Source: Ascoidea asiatica JCM 7603 (taxonomy: Eukaryota; Fungi; Ascomycota). Taken from it: DNA of 64,000 bases. Location: contig BCKQ01000003.1 of NCBI GenBank assembly GCA_001600695.1, positions 1,355,116 through 1,419,115 of the forward strand, written 5' to 3'. Each line of letters begins with the position of its first letter. The first letter of the stretch is position 1. This document shows, one piece after another, positions 34,213-45,500 of this stretch. Both the position numbers and the translations under genes were made by a program. The notes beneath the pieces were generated by a model. That model saw only the letters and a list, made by a program, of their open reading frames with translations, had not been told where the DNA came from and made no database searches.

Positions 34213-35646
34213 ATGAATCAAATTCAGTATAAATTTTCAATTAATCAGCCAAATGTTGGAGCAAAATCCTATAAACAAAGAGGAAAAATTTCAATAAGAA
34301 AGTTTCATCCATATGCATCATTAAATATATTCAATTTTAACAATGAAAATATAACTTCTCAAATCAATGATAATTTCATCTCAATTGCTCAATTAATTGA
34401 AAATTCAAATTCTTTCGAAGTTTCTAGAAATTTTAGAGATTGTGATTTAAAAGGAAATAAATCAAGTACTGGAAGATACGATGAATCAAAAGGTACCATT
34501 GTTTTTGAATTCCCTGATTTACATTTTACTAAGATTGGTATCTATAAAATTGAATATCAATTATATAAAATTACTCCATTAAATGATGAAAATCAAACTA
34601 TGAATTGGCAATTTATTTCAAAAGTATCTAAACGAATTGAAGTTGTTACAACAAGAACATTATACGGAGTTGGTGTAAAAGGTTCAATTGAAATTTCAGA
34701 AAAAAATACCAATAATTTAAATTCATCTACTAAAAATATAAACAATATTGAAGATACTAATAATAAAAAAAATAACTCTAGCATTAGTAACAATACTAAT
34801 CAGAAAGATTCAAATATAACTTCAAGTAATCAAATAAAGTTGGAAGAAAGTAGTACCTCGAATTCCTGTTCAAGTTCAAGCACAAATTTCAATGAAAATA
34901 TCTTTTCAAGTACTCTAACCCAAAATGGTTTCATTAATCCAATAATAAATAATATGAATAGTAATATGAATAGCAATATGAATAGTAATATGAATAATAT
35001 GAATAATAATAATAATAATAATAAAAATAATGATAATTTAAATCTTAATTTCAATGTTAACTCAAATCTTAATTCAAATCTCAATTTAAACTCATTTAAT
35101 CAAAATTTTCAAAATAATATAAGCTTTGTAAATAATACAGAAAATCATCTAACAAATAAGTTCACTGTAAATAATTCAAGAAGCAATTCATATGGCAATA
35201 TTGTTAGTTCAAATTTAAATAATTTTTCAAATATTTATAATAATTTAGCAAATTATTCTATGAATGGAACTAATGCAATTCCAATTGTATCAGATTTATC
35301 TTCAAATTCTACACCTGTTTCTATTGAAAATGATTCAGTATATGTGAGTGAATATAATATACCAATTCCCATTTTCGATCAATCTATTTCTTCAGTATCA
35401 CCATCAGATTCTTCTTTCTCAATTTATCAGATATCAAATTTTAATAATGCTTCTCAATTAATGAATTTTAATGAAAATAATTCAATAAATAACATTAGAC
35501 TTACCACCAATAATAATAATCATAATAATAATAGCAGTAGTACTAGTAATTCTATCAGTAACTCAAGAAACCCTAGCTTTAATCAATTCAATAATGAATA
35601 TACTGGAGAAATATTTCCATTCTTTGGTAATATAAACAATCTTTGA
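34213..35646 (+). CDS. Divergent velvet-domain-like putative transcription factor, paralogue 2
   Basis: YKFSINQP..GAKSYK..RKFHP...LKGNKSSTGRYDE..IVFEFPDLHFTKIGIYKIEYQLY...VSKRIEVVTTR, clearly paralogous to 28866..30314, with an N/S-rich tail. Confidence 0.65.
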   Translation: MNQIQYKFSINQPNVGAKSYKQRGKISIRKFHPYASLNIFNFNNENITSQINDNFISIAQLIENSNSFEVSRNFRDCDLKGNKSSTGRYDESKGTIVFEFPDLHFTKIGIYKIEYQLYKITPLNDENQTMNWQFISKVSKRIEVVTTRTLYGVGVKGSIEISEKNTNNLNSSTKNINNIEDTNNKKNNSSISNNTNQKDSNITSSNQIKLEESSTSNSCSSSSTNFNENIFSSTLTQNGFINPIINNMNSNMNSNMNSNMNNMNNNNNNNKNNDNLNLNFNVNSNLNSNLNLNSFNQNFQNNISFVNNTENHLTNKFTVNNSRSNSYGNIVSSNLNNFSNIYNNLANYSMNGTNAIPIVSDLSSNSTPVSIENDSVYVSEYNIPIPIFDQSISSVSPSDSSFSIYQISNFNNASQLMNFNENNSINNIRLTTNNNNHNNNSSSTSNSISNSRNPSFNQFNNEYTGEIFPFFGNINNL

Positions 35647-36433
35647 GCTAAAATTAGTTTCTTCTGTATAGTAGACACTTACTCTTTTTACATTTTTTTT
35701 TATAAATCGATGTTGCTTTTTCTTTTTCATATATTTTCAGGTTTTACTTTATTTTTTTGCTTTAAACATAAGCTTTTCTTTTTGTATTATGCATTTTTTT
35801 TTTTATTATAAGCCAAACCCATACATATTAATACAACTTAATTTAAATTAAAAAGCGAGAAGAATTGTAATTTGGATTCAAAACATATCTTGAAAGAAAA
35901 CCTTCAACTAAAAGACAAATATCAAAATTCAAATAATGTAAAAAGGAAATCAAAATCTATAAAAATAAATTATAATGAATGTATGTTCTACCAGCCATAT
36001 AAATCTCCAACACCATCCAACTGCAAGATTGAAGGCGACTCTGAGGGTTATTAGGCACTAAGATGAACAGTTAATCTCTCCAAAGGCTCGACACCTATCA
36101 TCTCAATTGAGAATGAAAGACAAGTAACACAGGAAGAAGCTTTGGTTGTCCGCACACTTTTTGTGGTGTATGAGGAAAAAAAAGAAAAAAGAAAATTAAT
36201 AAAAAAAAAGCAGAAATTTCATTTCTTTTAAATGAAAACTGAATGGTTACCCGTCTTTATATAATAAAGACCCATCAGAGTTTGAAACCAGGGCTTTTCT
36301 TAGGGCACGAAAATGAACGAAATGAAAGAAATAATTAGCGCTGATAGAAATAGCAAAAGAAGCAGAATGAAAATAAAGAAGAAGTATTGAAAGAAGCTGA
36401 TAAAAAAGAGTGATAGAAAGATTAATCAGTAAT

Positions 36434-37453
36434 ATGACAAAGAAGAATAGTTTACTCCCTTTTTCATCGCAGGACTTGTCCAAGGTAGATTTAAACGCTG
36501 GTTCTTCTCCTTCAGACAGCAACTACAACAAAAATGTTAGGTTTGAAATACATATCCGATTCTCCAATGGTCAGATATCTGATTTAATAATTCCAATAGA
36601 TACTTATGATGATTTGTCTATGATTGACAACAGATATTTGAGGATCAAGGTCAGACAGTACAGTAAGAAGGAAGCTTATGACAAAAGATTAAGATTCATA
36701 TACAATGGTAAAATAGTGAATGATAAACTTAATTTACAACAAGAATTAATGAAGTTTGATTCTTATATGCATGATAATGATAGCAATAAAGATGGATCTA
36801 ACAAGGAGAATAGTAATAATAGTACTAATGAAACTATTGATAAAAAGGGTAAGGCCAAAGATGACTCTGAGACTAATATTCATAAATTTTATATACATTG
36901 TTTAATAGGTTCAACTTTAAGTGCTGAAGAATTAAGAAAAGAAGATTTAATGGATGCTAAAATACCAGAAAAATCAACAACACCTGCTCCTCTGGGATTT
37001 GATAGATTAAGATCTCAAGGTTTTAGTGAACAAGAAGTAAATGATTTAAGGTTACAATTTCGTAGAATTTATGGATTACCTGCTAATTATAATTCAAATA
37101 ATAATGAATCTGGTATAGGTGCTGATGATGAAATTGATTTAGATAATTCAAATAATGCCAATGGTTCTAATGGGTCTAATGGAAGAATTAATGATATTCG
37201 TCAATTGGAAGATAGATGGATGGATAATGGTGCTAATGAACCAGATGATGAATTTAATATGATGAACATGGGAAATAATGTTATGGGAACAAATCAAGAT
37301 TTATTAATTGGTATGCTAATGGGAACTTTACTTGGAGTGTTGAGTTTATTTTTCCTTAGAAATGAATTTATGATAAGTAAAAGACAAAGAATGGCAATAG
37401 TGGCTGGTATTATTACAAATTTCTCCTTTTCCTTAGTCAGAAGCTGGACTTAA
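36434..37453 (+). CDS. DSC3: Dsc E3 ubiquitin-ligase complex subunit Dsc3 (Ubl + DUF2407-type)
   Basis: First ATG at 36434. IHIRFS..ISDL, RLRFIYNGK (Ubl), YIHCLIG, TTPAPLGFDRLRSQGFSEQEVNDLRLQF, LEDRWMD, C-terminal TM segments and SKRQRMAIVAG. Confidence 0.88.
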   Translation: MTKKNSLLPFSSQDLSKVDLNAGSSPSDSNYNKNVRFEIHIRFSNGQISDLIIPIDTYDDLSMIDNRYLRIKVRQYSKKEAYDKRLRFIYNGKIVNDKLNLQQELMKFDSYMHDNDSNKDGSNKENSNNSTNETIDKKGKAKDDSETNIHKFYIHCLIGSTLSAEELRKEDLMDAKIPEKSTTPAPLGFDRLRSQGFSEQEVNDLRLQFRRIYGLPANYNSNNNESGIGADDEIDLDNSNNANGSNGSNGRINDIRQLEDRWMDNGANEPDDEFNMMNMGNNVMGTNQDLLIGMLMGTLLGVLSLFFLRNEFMISKRQRMAIVAGIITNFSFSLVRSWT

Positions 37454-38055
37454 TGATGATTGAAATAAACTCTCAGCCGAATGTACTTATACTTTTTTTT
37501 GCACAATAACTGACATTTTGATTTACTCCAGAGGTAGTCGAACCCTCTATATAAAACTATATACATATAATGTTTGAAGCTTTAATACTTATGATTTATG
37601 ACAGACTATGCTCATTTAACTATTTATCGATGGAATCCATACAGCTTATAGCGTTAAGTAAAATCAGTAAAACCAGTAACAACGGCAACGCCAGTCGACA
37701 CAGAGGAAACTGCTGAATTTTATAGGAAGACCCTACCGCTGACAATTTTGTCACCTGCCGAGTTTCGTTAATAACACAGAATCCTTTGCTGCTTTTTCTT
37801 CCAGCTTAAAACCAGATCACAAAACCTCCATTCAGAACTTTAGTAAAGTTCTCTCTTGAAGGAGAAATTACCTTCTTTTAGACTGTTAGCAGGGCGAAAG
37901 TATTCTATTATGCTATTAAAAGTTATGAAGAGTTGAGCAAGAAAAAGAAAATTACAAATTTAATCAACAAATTCAAAAGAATTTTAAAAGGCATTAGTGG
38001 TTTTAATTGATTGAATTTAATCATTTGTTTCTTTGGTATCTAAAACAGAAAGAAA

Positions 38056-40262
38056 ATGTACCAATCACCTTCAAGGTCCTTAGAATCTATTTCTTCTAAG
38101 ATATATATTTATTATCAAAAAGGTATTCATCACTTTTCTTAATCAATAAATTCTTAAAATATATTAAGTATTAAAAAATATTAACAATATATTAAAAAAT
38201 AAAATTTAATCAATTATATCAAATTTCAAAAATTTAAGGTGATTATTTTCGAATACTTGATTTAATATTATCAGATACTGATATTTTATACTCAGAATCT
38301 TTAAGTCCTTCAACTAGATTAATTATATCTCTAACTTTACTTACAAAATTGAATAATAATTATAAACTGGAAGGTTTTCAACAATTTTTAATATTATTAG
38401 ATTTTTTCAGTTCAAATTTTGTTCAAAAAGCAAAATATTTGAATATTTTAAATAGAATTTTTAAAATTGATCCTTTTTGGGAAAAAGAAAAAAATTTGGT
38501 CGCAAATGAATATAATTATTATAATGATTTATTCACAATAGAAAAAACTGGTCAAGATTCTTTCAGTAATAAAATTGATAGTTATATTAATAATGGTAAT
38601 GATAATGTTAATTTGAATATTAGTGCTCTAAATATTAAATTTTCTGAAAATTCAATAAGTAATTCTAAAATATCTTTAATTCAACAAGCACGCAATTACA
38701 TTGATTTTCTTCAGTTAACTGAAAATGAAATACAACATAAATATATTCAATCATTCAATGTTTCTTTTAATGAAATTTTATCAATTAAAAATAAATTATC
38801 AAAATTATCTACTGCAATGAAAGATAATTTCATTCCAAATTTTAAGAAAAATGAACCTAATAATCCAACAACAAATTTCGCTTCATTGCTTTTAAATAAT
38901 AATACCTTTACATTCATAGTTTCAAATTTGTTTAATGAAATAATAGATTCAGATTTTTTAGTCAATTTACGAAAGTTAGTCGATTTAGAAATTTCAATAT
39001 ATTCGGATATTAATATTCTTGATTATTCTGTTCTGTTACAACCTAAAATTTTAATTAAAAAAATCGAAAAATGTTCAAGACCATCTAAAACTTATGCACT
39101 TAAGTTTGTTAACGCTATTATAAAACTCAATATCATTAATAGTTTTTTAAAAATAATAGAAGGCAGTGATTATTATCTTGCTTATGAGATCCTAAGGGGT
39201 TTAATTAGGTTCATAAATTCCATCGAAACAAAATCAATAAAAAGAAAAATGACTTCTAAAGAATTGAACGAAAATTTCTTTCTTTCTAAATCAACAAAAG
39301 ATTCAATAATAATAACATGCTGTAAGCTTTCAATGTTCTTATCTCTCAAAGAAAAGGAAGTTTCATCAAATGATTTGGAAAATTTATTTTCTCAAATTCA
39401 ATTTATTGAAGACTTGAATATAAATAAAACTAATATTCGAAATTCATTAATATCAAGCAATTCGGATTTAATCTTAGAATCTGCTTCTATTGTTGAAGAT
39501 ATTGATAATGATTTTTCTAGTGGAAAATTAGGGGAATTTTTTTTTGCTGCTGGTTTAATTAAAGAAAAATCTGCTTATGATAAAAAAAAACTTGTTTCTT
39601 TAGAAAATAATGAAACAATTACAACAGGTGTTCGATTATCTAAATCCTGTATAGATGAAATGATAAGGTATTATATTATAGCAACAGTAACCAAATTAGA
39701 AGATGATCCTACTTTACTTTATATATTCGATAGAATTTTATGGGGATTGCTTATGTATGGAGGAGTTCATATTAAAACTTTATGGTTTTTTAAAATGCTT
39801 CGAGATTATTATAACACTAAATTCAAATATTATCCAGTTTACATGAAAGATGAAGTTTTCAAAATTTGTCCTGAATGGTTTAATGGATATTCGTTTATCA
39901 GGCAAATATATGGGTTAAAAGATTCAATTAAGGCACGATCTATTGATATGTGGGATGAAAAACAAGGAAGTAGTTTTTTAATTCCTCAAGCTTTATTGAC
40001 AAAAAATGATGAGATAATATTACTAGACGAATTTTTTGATGAAAATAACCCTTATGGAAATAATAAAAGATTTGTTTTAGAAACTGCAGAAAGAGCTACT
40101 AGGATGCTGAGAAGTCATATTAAGTTGCATCACAAAATTGTTCAACATCAAATAGATAAAAGTCGTGGTTGGATAAACTTATGGGTTGAAAGTTATTCAG
40201 ACCATAGATCCAAAGAACTTCCAATAGCAATACAAGATATTTTAGAATTTTGTTCAGAGTGA
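38056..40262 (+). CDS. Hypothetical protein; predicted two exons (38056-38122, 38374-40262)
   Basis: The 637-codon ORF has no early ATG. An upstream ATG exon splices in frame through GTATTC (38123), branch-like CTCTAAC (38329-38335) and the first downstream AG (38373). The C-terminal half is non-low-complexity (EDDPTLLYIFDRILWGLLMYGGVH). Confidence 0.7.
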
Positions 40263-40402
40263 TCTAGTTTCATAAAATTCTCATTGATAAGGGAAAAAGT
40301 TTATATTTTTGAATTATATATGAATTTTAATAAAAAAATACATTTTGACTAAAAAAAATCTATGATCAAAGTTTTGTACAATATCCTAGTGAAGTCCAAA
40401 TT

Positions 40403-41761
40403 TCAACTTAAAGCAGCTGCAATTGAGTTTTTTAAAATTGTGAGGCCGTCAATTATTACATTATCTTCAATGGTTAAGGCTGGTACAAATCTGATTACAT
40501 TACCAGAAGCAGAAATTATCAATAAACCTCTTTTTCTAGCTTCGTCGATTACTTTGTTTACTAAATCACCATCCTTAAATTCCATACCCAATAGAAGACC
40601 TTTACCCCTAACCTCTAAAATATCATTTGGATATTGTTTCTTCAAATCATTTAAAAACTCAACAAAAATGGAAGACTTTTTATTGACTTGATTTAAAAAT
40701 TCAGGTTTTGAAAGCTGGTCTATAACATATAAGCCTATTCTGGATCCTAATGGATTACCCCCATATGTAGTACCATGATCTCCAACATGTAAAACACTTT
40801 CAATTTTTTCATTCACAACAGTTGCAGCAATTGGAAACCCGTTTCCTAAGGCTTTTGCCATTGTAAATATATCAGGATGAGCATCTTTTGGTAAATATGA
40901 ATGAGCCCATAATTTTCCTGTTCTTGCCAAACCACATTGAATTTCATCATATATTAAAATTACGTCATTCTTCTTACATAATGCTTTCAACTCTATCAAA
41001 AAGGATGTATCAATTGGATGAACTCCACCTTCCCCTTGAACAGGCTCTATTATTACACCACATGTATTTTCACTGATCAAGGCTTTAACTGATTCAATAT
41101 CATTTGGAGTAGCTACTTTAACACCAGGAACTAGTGGACTATATGGTTTTTGATATTTTGGATTTGGTGTTACAGACAAAGCTCCCATTGATCTTCCATG
41201 AAAACTTGATTTAAAGGTAATGAATTCGTATTTATCTTTATTCTTCAATGTTCCATATTTTCTAGCAAATTTCAAGGCAGCTTCATTTGCTTCTGTTCCT
41301 GAATTGCATAAAAATACTCTTGAGGAATTATACATTCCTTCATTTGCATGAGTTTTTTCAATGATTTCCTTTGATAACTTTGTTGTGTATAAATTATGAT
41401 ATAAATTTGAAGAATGAACTAAAGTGTTTGCTTGATCAAACATGATTTCTGCAATTTTTGGATTAGAATGACCTAACCCGGTTACAGCTATACCTGCAGT
41501 AAAATCAATATATTTTCTATCTTCTAAATCCCATAAATAAGCATTTGAACCTTTTGTAAAAACTAAATTAGGTCTTGAGTATGTGGTCACAGCAAATGGA
41601 GCATTTTCCTTCAAGAATGAAAGTGTCTTTGATTCAAAATCTACTGGATCGGGATGAGTAACTGGAGAAACAGCAAAATATTTTGACGATTTTGAAAAGC
41701 TTCTTCCAAAAGCCAAAGAACCAGATATCTTGGAAAAACCTCTTAATGAACTTTTAAACAT
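40403..41761 (-). CDS. ARG8: Mitochondrial acetylornithine aminotransferase
   Basis: Presequence-like N-terminus. YIDFTAGIAVTGLGH, NSGTEANEAALKFARK, SFHGRSMGALS, EPVQGEGG, DEIQCGLARTG, AKALGNGFPI, HGTTYGGNPL. Confidence 0.96.
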   Translation of the reverse strand: MFKSSLRGFSKISGSLAFGRSFSKSSKYFAVSPVTHPDPVDFESKTLSFLKENAPFAVTTYSRPNLVFTKGSNAYLWDLEDRKYIDFTAGIAVTGLGHSNPKIAEIMFDQANTLVHSSNLYHNLYTTKLSKEIIEKTHANEGMYNSSRVFLCNSGTEANEAALKFARKYGTLKNKDKYEFITFKSSFHGRSMGALSVTPNPKYQKPYSPLVPGVKVATPNDIESVKALISENTCGVIIEPVQGEGGVHPIDTSFLIELKALCKKNDVILIYDEIQCGLARTGKLWAHSYLPKDAHPDIFTMAKALGNGFPIAATVVNEKIESVLHVGDHGTTYGGNPLGSRIGLYVIDQLSKPEFLNQVNKKSSIFVEFLNDLKKQYPNDILEVRGKGLLLGMEFKDGDLVNKVIDEARKRGLLIISASGNVIRFVPALTIEDNVIIDGLTILKNSIAAALS

Positions 41762-41884
41762 TATATTTCTGTTTCCAAATAAAAAATGACTTCAAGTCTA
41801 TTGATTTTACTTCCTTTATAAACATAAAACTAAGGATATTTATATTCTATTTATATTTTCCAATTTGAAAATTCGAAATTTCAG

Positions 41885-41891
41885 TGAGTCA
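41885..41891. promoter_or_regulatory. Gcn4 site TGAGTCA upstream of ARG8
   Basis: Perfect consensus 124 bp upstream of an arginine-biosynthesis gene, a known Gcn4 target class. Confidence 0.7.
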
Positions 41892-42545
41892 CCTCGACAA
41901 ATGAAAAGAAAGGAAATAAAGCCCTCAATATAGGGCTAAATCTAAAGTAGATGACGTGAAATTTAGAGTTATCATACCTAAATAATGCCGGTAATAATAG
42001 CCATAATTAAATAATACTGTGTATTAAACAAAACTTTTAAAAAAATAAAGATATCAAGAAATGAAATTAAATTCTTATAAAAAAGACTCAGAAAAGAGTA
42101 TAGTATGATTGATCCAAAAGGCATACAAACACGTATTATGAGAGCATGAAAAACCGTAAATCATAAATATTGGATTTTGAGGAAGAAATTAGGAAAATAA
42201 TCAGTATTAATAAAAACAAAAAAAATATTATCTGGGGGTAAATGAGTAAAACAAAAAAGCTTAATCTATGATATAAAATGAATTTTGAAAGATATGATTA
42301 AAAATAATACATTGATAAACGTTTAGGAGGTAACAATCACGAACAATCAGGCAATGATTGATTTGAACAGAGAACAAGAACAATTTAAAAGAATAAAGTC
42401 AAAATTATGGGAATAAGTAAAACAAAATGAAGAAGAAAACATGTCTCAAGACTGAAAATAAATAAAAAAAAAGAAAAATTAAGGAAATAACAAAAAAGAA
42501 AGACCTGATAAACAAATAATATCAAAAGTTAAAAATTGAATCAAA

Positions 42546-45500
42546 TCAATCCACATCTTCTCCTGCTTCTTCTATTATTATGTCAATCATAGGGTCTTGC
42601 TGAACGTCATTAACTAAAAAGTAATTCATTCCATAGATATCGTTTTCCTCTTCATTAGGACTATTTTCTCCTGTTCCTGTTTTTGTGTCTGAAAAATCTG
42701 TTATTGTACGCCCTCTTAAAAGCTGTCTTTCCCTATCAATTCTCATTTTCACTGCAATTCTACAGTCCTCGAGAATGGAAATCTTTTGTTCAAATGGAAC
42801 ATCATATTCCGGTTCACTAAACCAAGTTGGAGAAAATTTTGATTGCTTTCTTGAACTATTTCCATATGAATAAAATCCCCTTCCAAGTAAACTGCCCGGG
42901 CTAGAAGAATTATTCAACTTTTTTGGAATTAAAATATTAGTTAAATTTTTAGTTTCAGTACTATATCTACTCAAATCCTCTGTTGAAGCTGAATGGATAG
43001 AAGAAGCACCATCAGATGAGTAACCATCATTTCTATTGCCAATCATCTTGGTCGAATCATAATAAGAATCTAATGTAAGTATAGTCATGGATTGCCTTTT
43101 CCTAAGTGTTGGGTTTGAATTAATGAAACTTTTGTGCTTATTGGATGTAGTTGAAGTTTGAGGGAAGCTTGATAAAATTGATGAACGGTTAGAAGAATTC
43201 AAGTCTGAAAGTAAAACATTGTTGGACTGGATTACCCCACCAATTGGTGATTTATAATCAGTAGATAAATTACCTCTATTCAAGATCGCATTGTTTTTGG
43301 AAACCATATTTGGACTTCGGCTTCTACTTGATAATCGTGATTCAGAGTTTAGCAGTATTTTGGATTCAATTGATATATCTTTATAATGTTTTTTAGAATA
43401 AGCATTTTTGGTAATTGACAAAGAAGTTGTAGGTCTGTTAATTTTTAGCTCGTTATTTTCCAAGTCTGAATGCATTATTGTCTTATTAAATTCTTCAGCT
43501 AAAGAATACTCCGATTTTATATTGGAAATTGATTTTGCTTTAGATAGCGTTCTTATTGCAGTATTTGAATTGAAAGTATTGATATTCAGAGGTTTTAAGG
43601 TTCTTCTTGAATTGGACTCTAATGTTGACTTTGATCTTTTACGATTCAAAAGCTCATTAGAATAGTTTTTATGATCATTTCTGCCTGATAAATAATCTGG
43701 AACTGTTAATGAGAGAATTTTATTATGTTTTTTCAGAACTTGGTGATTTCCTCTCGAATCTTGGCCTAATTGCAGATGTTCATTCATTTCATGATTTTCA
43801 TTAGAATCAGTATTAAAGGATATAGCTGAAGTTGAACTTATTGAAGAAGTTGCACTACTATTATTAGAATTTGGATTAGAATTTTCTTCTATAGCTGAAT
43901 CTAAACTTGATATCGACAAGTTTTTCAATTTTTTTTCCATTGCATAATGAAGATCCGAAGTTGGTGAGTTTGTTACTAAATTTGGATCTGATAATACTAA
44001 TATTCTTCCATTGGTTTTGGAGTTTCTTCTACTGGAATTAGGAGACGAATTTCTAGTTGTAGTTAATAAAGAATAAGTATTAGAATCTTTCTGACTAATG
44101 CTTGATCGTTTCAGTACCTGAATTTGATTTTCAATTAATGATAAACGTTTAGGACTTGGTGTGTGTGATAATAAATTTTCAATTGGAGAGATAATTGGAC
44201 TTTTTGGAGATCTCAATTTTAATTTCGATTTATTGAAAGAATGATGAGAATTAGAATAAGATGAACCCAGTGTGGAAGTAGAAAATCTTTTGTAGTTTGA
44301 GTGAGAGAAGGTCGTTGTAGTTGAGGTTGTCGTAGTAGTTGTTGATGATATAGAATCAGAATTTAAATGAATTTTATTGGTATTATCATTACTTATGAAT
44401 GAAGTCGGTAATGATTTACCTGTATCTGGTGTTAGTGGAGATAATATATCTTTTTTAATTAAAGGAGATTTTGCAATTGGAGATAATGAAGATAGAAAAG
44501 TCTTTGAATCAATATTATCAATATCTTTTGAAGACGATTCTTTCAAAGTATGATGAAATTGACGTAATTGAGCTCTTGACCTTGGTCTTTTTGGTAATAA
44601 ATTATTATTGTTTTTATTATTTTTAAAATTATTATTTGAAAATGAAGTTGTTAAAGAACTTTTTCTTGATCTTGATGATGAAGAAGAAGTAGGACGGGCA
44701 TAATGAGGTACATTTGAGTAGTCATCATTTGAATCATGAGAAGATATATAAGATTGATAATCTTGATCAATTGGAGTTGGATTTAATAAATTATTGAAAG
44801 AAAGTGGGGTATAATTATAAGAATTATTATCATCATTATTATTTTTAACATTGTTATCATTGCTATCATTATTATATTTATTAATATTAGTATTTATATT
44901 ATTATCAATATAATTATCACTATTGTTATCAAAAATTTGATTATTTATATAATTAATATTTTGATTTTGGATATTAATTTGAATTTTTTCTTCAAAGTTA
45001 CTATTATTATCATTTTCTATATCTGAATATATTTCATTATCATTGTCATGATTATTATCTGTAAGGGTATTGGAGAAATTATCTGAAAAGTTTATTTCAT
45101 TTGAATCAGTTGGTTCTAAAGTTGAATTTGAATTTATTGAAGAATTAGAGATATTTGAAGAGTTATTTAAATGAGTAGCATTAAATAAATAAACATTAAA
45201 AATTCTTTTAACTTGAACATGAAATGATAATCTTTGTAAATAACCTTGAATAATATTATTTCTATCATCTTTATTTAAAAAATTTCTATTTTGAGATAGA
45301 ATTAAATTCCATTGAAAATTATAAGAGTCTTTAACAAAAAATTTTTTAAAATTTTTATCAATATTATGTTCAATATAAAAATTTGATTGATTAACAAGAA
45401 TATGAATATAATTTGATAAATTTGAAGAAGAATTTAAAATAGAAAATTTAAAAAATTTATTAATTGGATTTAAATTTGGTAAATTTTTTAGAAATTTTGG

